From Syntrophales bacterium (GTDB lineage: Bacteria; Desulfobacterota; Syntrophia; Syntrophales; UBA2210): DNA of 64,000 nucleotides. The stretch is taken from the NCBI GenBank assembly GCA_963666365.2, contig CAXXNF010000002.1, positions 608,001 through 672,000 on the forward strand, in the 5' to 3' direction. Both the position numbers and the translations under genes were made by a program. Positions within the stretch are counted from its first letter, which is position 1, and the number at the start of each line of letters is the position of its first letter. The notes below the pieces were generated by a model. The model was not told the DNA's origin, made no database searches, and saw nothing but the letters and a program-made list of their open reading frames with translations. Below are positions 58,698 through 64,000 of the stretch, piece after piece.

Positions 58698-59414
58698 CTA
58701 GACTTCCAGATATTTTTTCTGTATGTCTTTGTTCTCCAATACTTCCTGACTTGATCCCGAGTATACCACCTCGCCTTTTGTCATGATATAGGCACGATGA
58801 CAAATGGGAAGCACGAATTTCAGGTTTTGTTCGACAACCAGGACTGAGACGCCGCTTTCATTTATTTGGCGCAGGGTATCCGCAACGGTCCTGCGAATCA
58901 ACGGCGCCAGTCCTTCCGTTGGTTCATCGACAAGAATAAGCTCCGGATTGCCCATGAGCGTTCGTGCCATTGTCAGCATTTGCTGCTCGCCTCCCGACAA
59001 CTGGGATCCTTTATTTCCTTCCCGCGCTTTCAGTGATGGGAATGTTTCATAGACTCGATCAAGAGTCCACCCTCCATCAGCTGAGGTTTTAACTCCACGT
59101 CCATGTTTTATTCCCATAAGAAGATTCTGTCGCACAGTAAGGCTGTTGAATATTGCCCGCTCTTCCGGCACATATCCTATTCCATGTTTTACAATGGTAT
59201 GTGTAGGTTGACCGGCAAGTTCGGTTCCTTTAAACGTGATTGATCCTTCAGACGGTTTCACCAGCCCTACAACACTCTTCAGAGTTGTTGATTTGCCTAC
59301 GCCGTTCCTGCCGAGCAGGGCCACCATTTCACCTTCGTTTATCTCAATATTGACTCCGTGAAGGATGTGACTCTTTCCATAATATCCGTGAATGTTTGCC
59401 ATCGAAAAAAACAC
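58698..59414 (-). CDS. livF: Liv-type ABC ATP-binding protein
   Basis: GRNGVGKST, LSGGEQQML, DEPTEGL, VEQN. Confidence 0.92.
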   Translation of the reverse strand: MFFSMANIHGYYGKSHILHGVNIEINEGEMVALLGRNGVGKSTTLKSVVGLVKPSEGSITFKGTELAGQPTHTIVKHGIGYVPEERAIFNSLTVRQNLLMGIKHGRGVKTSADGGWTLDRVYETFPSLKAREGNKGSQLSGGEQQMLTMARTLMGNPELILVDEPTEGLAPLIRRTVADTLRQINESGVSVLVVEQNLKFVLPICHRAYIMTKGEVVYSGSSQEVLENKDIQKKYLEV

Positions 59415-59416
59415 GT

Positions 59417-60169
59417 TTATACCTCCTCGTCTTCGCCAAGATATGCTTCTCGGACCTTCGAGTTATTCCGCACTTCCGATGGGACATCGGAACAGATGAC
59501 CTCGCCGTATTGAAGCACCGTAATGCGATCGGCCAGATCGAAAATTACATCCATATCGTGTTCAATGATAACCATTGAAATCCCTTCCGTAAGTGACCGT
59601 ATGAGTCTTACGGCATGATGGGTTTCCTCTTTCGACATACCTGCCGTCGGTTCATCAAGCAGAATCAAATCCGGTTTCATTGACACGGTCAACCCTATTT
59701 CAAGCGCCCGTTGCTGGCCGTATGAAAGAAGGCCTGCAGGAGTATCGGCTTCTCCCGACAGATTAAGAAGTCCAAGTGTTCCGGTAACTTCCTCTTCTAC
59801 GTCGACCATGCCCGATATCCATTTCCAGAAGTTAAACCGTCTGTGAAGTCGTGAAAGAATGGCGCTCTGAATGTTTTCACGCACAGTCAGATTCCAGAAT
59901 ATATTGGTAATCTGGAAAGACCTGGCCATACCGTCCCTTGCATTTTGAAAAGGATGCTTTCCCACTACGTTGCTTCCCTTATAGATAACCTTACCTTTTC
60001 GGGGATGAAGTTCTCCCGTGATGCAGTTAAAGACCGTGGTCTTTCCTGCACCGTTGGGTCCTATGAGGGCATGACGTTCACCATCAAGCACATGGAAATT
60101 AACACCGAAGAGTACCTTCAGCCCTGAAAAGTCATGTTCAACACCATCTAGTTTTAGTATTTCACTCAT
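59417..60169 (-). CDS. livG: Liv-type ABC ATP-binding protein
   Basis: GPNGAGKTT, RSFQ, LSYGQQR, DEPTAG, IEHD, EAYLG. Confidence 0.92.
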   Translation of the reverse strand: MSEILKLDGVEHDFSGLKVLFGVNFHVLDGERHALIGPNGAGKTTVFNCITGELHPRKGKVIYKGSNVVGKHPFQNARDGMARSFQITNIFWNLTVRENIQSAILSRLHRRFNFWKWISGMVDVEEEVTGTLGLLNLSGEADTPAGLLSYGQQRALEIGLTVSMKPDLILLDEPTAGMSKEETHHAVRLIRSLTEGISMVIIEHDMDVIFDLADRITVLQYGEVICSDVPSEVRNNSKVREAYLGEDEEV

Positions 60170-60170
60170 A

Positions 60171-61163
60171 TTAATTCTCCTCGGCCTCTTTGAGTTGATT
60201 CTTACCTAAAATACGAAGCCTTAGCGATGTAACAATCCCCATAATCCCTCCCCGGTACCACATGACGAGGGCAATGAAGAGGAGTCCGACAAATAATTGC
60301 CAGCGCTCGGTAATATCGGAGAGCCAGTCGGCCAGGAATATATAGACCACTGCACCTAGAATCGGACCTACAAAAGTTCCCACTCCCCCGATGACCGTCA
60401 TGAGAATCGCATCAGTGGAGCGGAAGATATCGATGGCGCCTGTGGATACGAATTCCTGGAATATTGCAAAGAGTCCTCCGGCAACACCGGCAACCAGGGA
60501 CGTATACATAAAGAGAAAGAATTTCGTCATTGAATTCTGATAGCCGAGAAACCCTGCCCGTGACATGCTTTCTCTCAAGAGAATAATCGATCTTCCCATG
60601 GGGGTTTTCATCAGATACCAGGTGACGAAAAGCATAATCAACACAACAGCAAGAACGAACCAATACACGTTTGCCGTCTCGAGCATGTCAATTTTTCCTA
60701 TCAAAGGAATGTACAGATCAGGAATCTCATAGCCGCCCAAACCGTCATCACCGCCGGTCATACTTCGCCACTTCAGCGCAATAGAAAAACATATTTGCAT
60801 GAAAGCCATGGTCAGCATGGCAAAGGCCGTTCCGCTTACACGATTCAGAAAAATTGAAAAGAACACACCAGCAACCAGAGCTGCCAGGCTTCCCAAAATG
60901 AGCGCGCTCAAAAGACTAATACCTTCAATATGGAGAAGCGCAAGTGCCGTTGCGTAGGCGCCCACACCAAAATAGGCGCTATGGCCGAAACTGAGCATCC
61001 CGCCATAACCGAGCAACACATTGAGACTCACGGCAAACAGCGCCATGTAACACATTTCCGTAAGCAGGCGCAGCGGCACATCATTGAGAAAGAAGGGCGC
61101 CGCAATCAATATGCCCAGTATAACAATCGCTACGATCAGATTAATTATTTTATGTTTCATCAT
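60171..61163 (-). CDS. livM: Liv-type ABC permease
   Basis: GMLSFGH.AYFG, TGGDDG, IGG.GT..GP. Confidence 0.9.
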   Translation of the reverse strand: MMKHKIINLIVAIVILGILIAAPFFLNDVPLRLLTEMCYMALFAVSLNVLLGYGGMLSFGHSAYFGVGAYATALALLHIEGISLLSALILGSLAALVAGVFFSIFLNRVSGTAFAMLTMAFMQICFSIALKWRSMTGGDDGLGGYEIPDLYIPLIGKIDMLETANVYWFVLAVVLIMLFVTWYLMKTPMGRSIILLRESMSRAGFLGYQNSMTKFFLFMYTSLVAGVAGGLFAIFQEFVSTGAIDIFRSTDAILMTVIGGVGTFVGPILGAVVYIFLADWLSDITERWQLFVGLLFIALVMWYRGGIMGIVTSLRLRILGKNQLKEAEEN

Positions 61164-62032
61164 TCTCTATCTCCAAATAAACCTTGTGGCCGAATACTGA
61201 GAACAACAGCCATCACGATAAACATCAGCACGAGACAGAAGCGCGGGAAAAACATGACGCCGAAGGCCTGCAATTCCCCGATTAAAAGGGATGCAACCAC
61301 GGCGCCTAGGAGACTTCCCAATCCGCCGGTCACCACAACCACAAAGGCATCAAATCCCACCGCATCGGCCATGCCCGGAGAGATTCCAAGCAATGGACCC
61401 GCAATAACGCCTGCCACAGCCGCCAAGGCGGTACCGAGGGCAAACACGCCGGCGAAAACCAAGGGTGTATTGATGCCGAGCGCGCTGACCATGTTGGGAT
61501 TATCAACGGCGGCCCGCACCACCATTCCCAGTCTTGTTTTGAACATCACCCAGGCCAGTGCCACCATCAGAGCCACACTGAACAGCAGAATAAAAATTCG
61601 GTATAGAGGATAGGGTGCACCCAGTATGCTGATCGAACCTTCCAGAATAGATGGGGGCGGCGCCGTCAGCGGTTCTGTCCCCCAATACCATTTCACACCC
61701 TCGAGAATCACCAGTTGCAACCCAACGGTGAGCAGCAATTCGTAAATATGCCCGAAGGGGTGAAGATACCGCAGCATGTACCGCTCCACCAGGGCGCCGA
61801 GCACTCCGGTTACAATTGGTGCGAGAATAAGGGCGAGCCAGAAGCTTCCCGTATGCTGAAAAAAGGAATATCCGATATAGGCGCCCAGCATGTAAAAGAA
61901 GGCATGGGCCAGGTTTAACACCCCCATCATTCCGAAGACGAGTGTCAACCCGGACGCAACCAGATAAAGAAGCATGGCATAGACCAGGCCATGAAATATT
62001 GTAATCAGTATAGTCACAAAAGATATTTCCAT
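61160..62032 (-). CDS. livH: Liv-type ABC permease
   Basis: ASGLTLVFG...VLNLAH, G..VRA, VVVTGGLGS. Confidence 0.9.
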   Translation of the reverse strand: MEISFVTILITIFHGLVYAMLLYLVASGLTLVFGMMGVLNLAHAFFYMLGAYIGYSFFQHTGSFWLALILAPIVTGVLGALVERYMLRYLHPFGHIYELLLTVGLQLVILEGVKWYWGTEPLTAPPPSILEGSISILGAPYPLYRIFILLFSVALMVALAWVMFKTRLGMVVRAAVDNPNMVSALGINTPLVFAGVFALGTALAAVAGVIAGPLLGISPGMADAVGFDAFVVVVTGGLGSLLGAVVASLLIGELQAFGVMFFPRFCLVLMFIVMAVVLSIRPQGLFGDRE

Positions 62033-62241
62033 AGATACAACCTCTTTCCTTAGTTACGTTTTTGATACTGCTATAGTTCATTTGATCGAAGCCCACCATA
62101 GAGGAATCATTCGATTTTTTTGGTGTAAATATCTTATATGTCTGTCAGAGAATAGGTCGTCAAGAAGGTACAATTACCTCATGGATCCACCGTTATTGGA
62201 CCACAGTCTGCTTCTTTGAGATACATGCACTCCAGCTATAA

Positions 62242-62276
62242 AGGGGGTCCGCCTCCTTGCGAAGTTCAGACCCCCT
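62242..62276 (-). terminator. Hairpin between binding-protein and permease genes
   Basis: AGGGGGTC...GACCCCCT stem. Confidence 0.4.
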
Positions 62277-62341
62277 GTCTCTGTTGTGAAATTGCGCACA
62301 ATTACCAATGTGTACATGCGAGGGAGAAAATCAGACTAGAA

Positions 62342-63616
62342 TTAGAATTCTCCCGCTTTCCTTGTACATCCTGTCTTGTCAAGCGGAATCGTGGTTTCCT
62401 CAATAGGAATGGTCCTAAGGAGCGTGCCGCCGGGACAAATGTCGTTGAACAGCGGATTTTCTTTCACGATCTGCATTACCGGAATGGGCATGAGGAGCTG
62501 ATGATCTTCCGGTCTCATCAGTACGGTACCGTAAAATCCTTCATACTCCATCCCCTCCAGCGTCGTTATTATTTCTTTCACGTCCCACTTGCCGACCTTC
62601 TGGATGGCAGTGAAAAGCATATTCAGATAGGTACTTTGCTGCGTTCCCGTTCCGGGATATTGCCAGATTTCATCGGCGTCTTTGCCACAATACTTTTTAT
62701 AGCGCGATTTCCACAACGTATTATAATTTTTTTGTTTTTCAGAAGGATACCAGACACTGTTACAATCCGCCCAGATATGTCCGATAGCGGCATCCTGCAC
62801 ATCCCGAAGCATGAACAAATCTTCGAGATAATAACCTGCCACTTGGCCCGTAAGGCCAAGTCCCTTCCCCTGCTTGAGAAGCAGTGACAGATCGGAACCC
62901 CAGTTTGCAGTAAAAATTGCCTGAGCGCCGGAAGCATTTAATTTGGTAATATAGGGAGCAAAGTCTTTTGTCATGAGAGGATGATAGACTTCCACCGCGA
63001 TTTCCGCATCCGGTCTGAATTCTTTCAAGGCCTTTTTGAACCCCTCAGCGGCTTCGTACCCAAAATTGTAATCCTGGCAGATGATACCGAATTTTTTGAA
63101 TTCCGGCTTATCCTTATAATATGAGGCAATTGCCCGTGAATGCATCGCCGTATTTAACGCAACACGGAAATGATAGGCATCAGCTTCCTCTCCGGTCAGA
63201 CTTTCCGCTTCAACTGATCCCATAATATAAATAACCTTATGTTTTTTCGCAACTCTCGCCAAGGCTTTTGCTATATGAGACCCTGTTCCCTGCCACAATA
63301 CATTACAACCATCTTCCAGAATCGCTTTTGTTGCCATCTTTACGGCCACATCCGGTTTCATCTGGTCGTCATACACCTTGACCTCGATCTTTTTCCCCAA
63401 CAATCCTCCGTTCTTTTCATTCCAGAGATCCGTGACGAACTGCACTCCCCACACCTTTGAATCTCCCACATATTTAAATGTGCCCGATATCGGTTCAAGA
63501 ACGCCGATTCGAATTACATCACTCTGTTTTTTTGCAAAACAGGTACCCGCGACGCCACTGACGATAAAAACAACAGCAAGCGCCATTACCAACCATCTTA
63601 ATCCCGTGGTCCTCAT
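62342..63616 (-). CDS. LivK-like ABC substrate-binding protein of the liv operon
   Basis: IRIGVLEPISG, GGLLGKKIE, QDYNFG, KDFAPYITK, MRPEDHQ; GAGG RBS before ATG 63616. Confidence 0.9.
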   Translation of the reverse strand: MRTTGLRWLVMALAVVFIVSGVAGTCFAKKQSDVIRIGVLEPISGTFKYVGDSKVWGVQFVTDLWNEKNGGLLGKKIEVKVYDDQMKPDVAVKMATKAILEDGCNVLWQGTGSHIAKALARVAKKHKVIYIMGSVEAESLTGEEADAYHFRVALNTAMHSRAIASYYKDKPEFKKFGIICQDYNFGYEAAEGFKKALKEFRPDAEIAVEVYHPLMTKDFAPYITKLNASGAQAIFTANWGSDLSLLLKQGKGLGLTGQVAGYYLEDLFMLRDVQDAAIGHIWADCNSVWYPSEKQKNYNTLWKSRYKKYCGKDADEIWQYPGTGTQQSTYLNMLFTAIQKVGKWDVKEIITTLEGMEYEGFYGTVLMRPEDHQLLMPIPVMQIVKENPLFNDICPGGTLLRTIPIEETTIPLDKTGCTRKAGEF

Positions 63617-63883
63617 AATACTCACAACCTCCTCAGTTATTGCGATCATCAATTATTCCGTGCATCGCAATTGCTATCTATCAAAGGAACGCATCCCCGG
63701 CCATCGGATCATGTATGAAATAAATGCCCATAAAACCCCAGGTGATCATACGTTAAAAGATGATGTGTCCAATCTTTCATGTGCGGTGACTCATGCTTTT
63801 TACGTAGACGGCGCATTGCTGTGCAGCGATTTTCCTGACTTTGGGAATGGGGGTAGAAATCTTCTTGAATGGAAATATTTACT

Positions 63884-64000
63884 TTATAATATCAACTCTT
63901 CAACAAATGATATCAACTGATTGAGACTGCGGCACGGTCGCAGCTCATGGCAGAGAGGTCTGTAGGAGAACATTTCACTGTCGCCGCTGTACCACAATGC
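63884..64000 (-). CDS. C-terminal 38 aa of a probable CoxE-like VWA protein (partial)
   Basis: Minus strand reads ALWYSGDSEMFSYRPLCHELRPCRSLNQLISFVEELIL*, matching my recall of CoxE C-termini (W..GDS.M..Y...C....CRNL.QL). Confidence 0.6.
   Translation of the reverse strand, partial: ALWYSGDSEMFSYRPLCHELRPCRSLNQLISFVEELIL

Overview
Bacterial chromosomal window; gene content suggests an anaerobic deltaproteobacterium (Syntrophales-like; inference only). Bases 1-62 are the 3' part of tRNA-Leu(TAA). An ~8.8-kb island is integrated there (att repeats 5-77 / 8785-8853). It carries a tyrosine integrase, an XRE regulator, an excisionase-like HTH, a winged-helix protein next to an iteron-like repeat array, a TerS-like protein, membrane cargo, and an orphan gene split by an IS630. 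It has no recognisable capsid, primase/helicase or conjugation genes, so it looks like a minimal phage-satellite-like element. Its attR copy lacks 4 bp of the tRNA acceptor end, so clean excision would damage the tRNA. The rest is mostly housekeeping and metabolic: dnaE, guaB, dtd, an M16 pair, an IS481-like element, M20, phoH-HD-ybeY, mltD-like, frameshifted prfB, lnt, corC, feoAB, rmuC, mtgA, a short S1, a CoA-transferase pair and a liv-type ABC operon with three binding-protein paralogues in the window. The best non-island leads are an exported N-terminal-His protein paired with a cytochrome b561, and a tandem pair of DxxD-type dynamin-like GTPases. No CRISPR array or rRNA was seen. All family assignments come from motifs read by eye; no searches were run.
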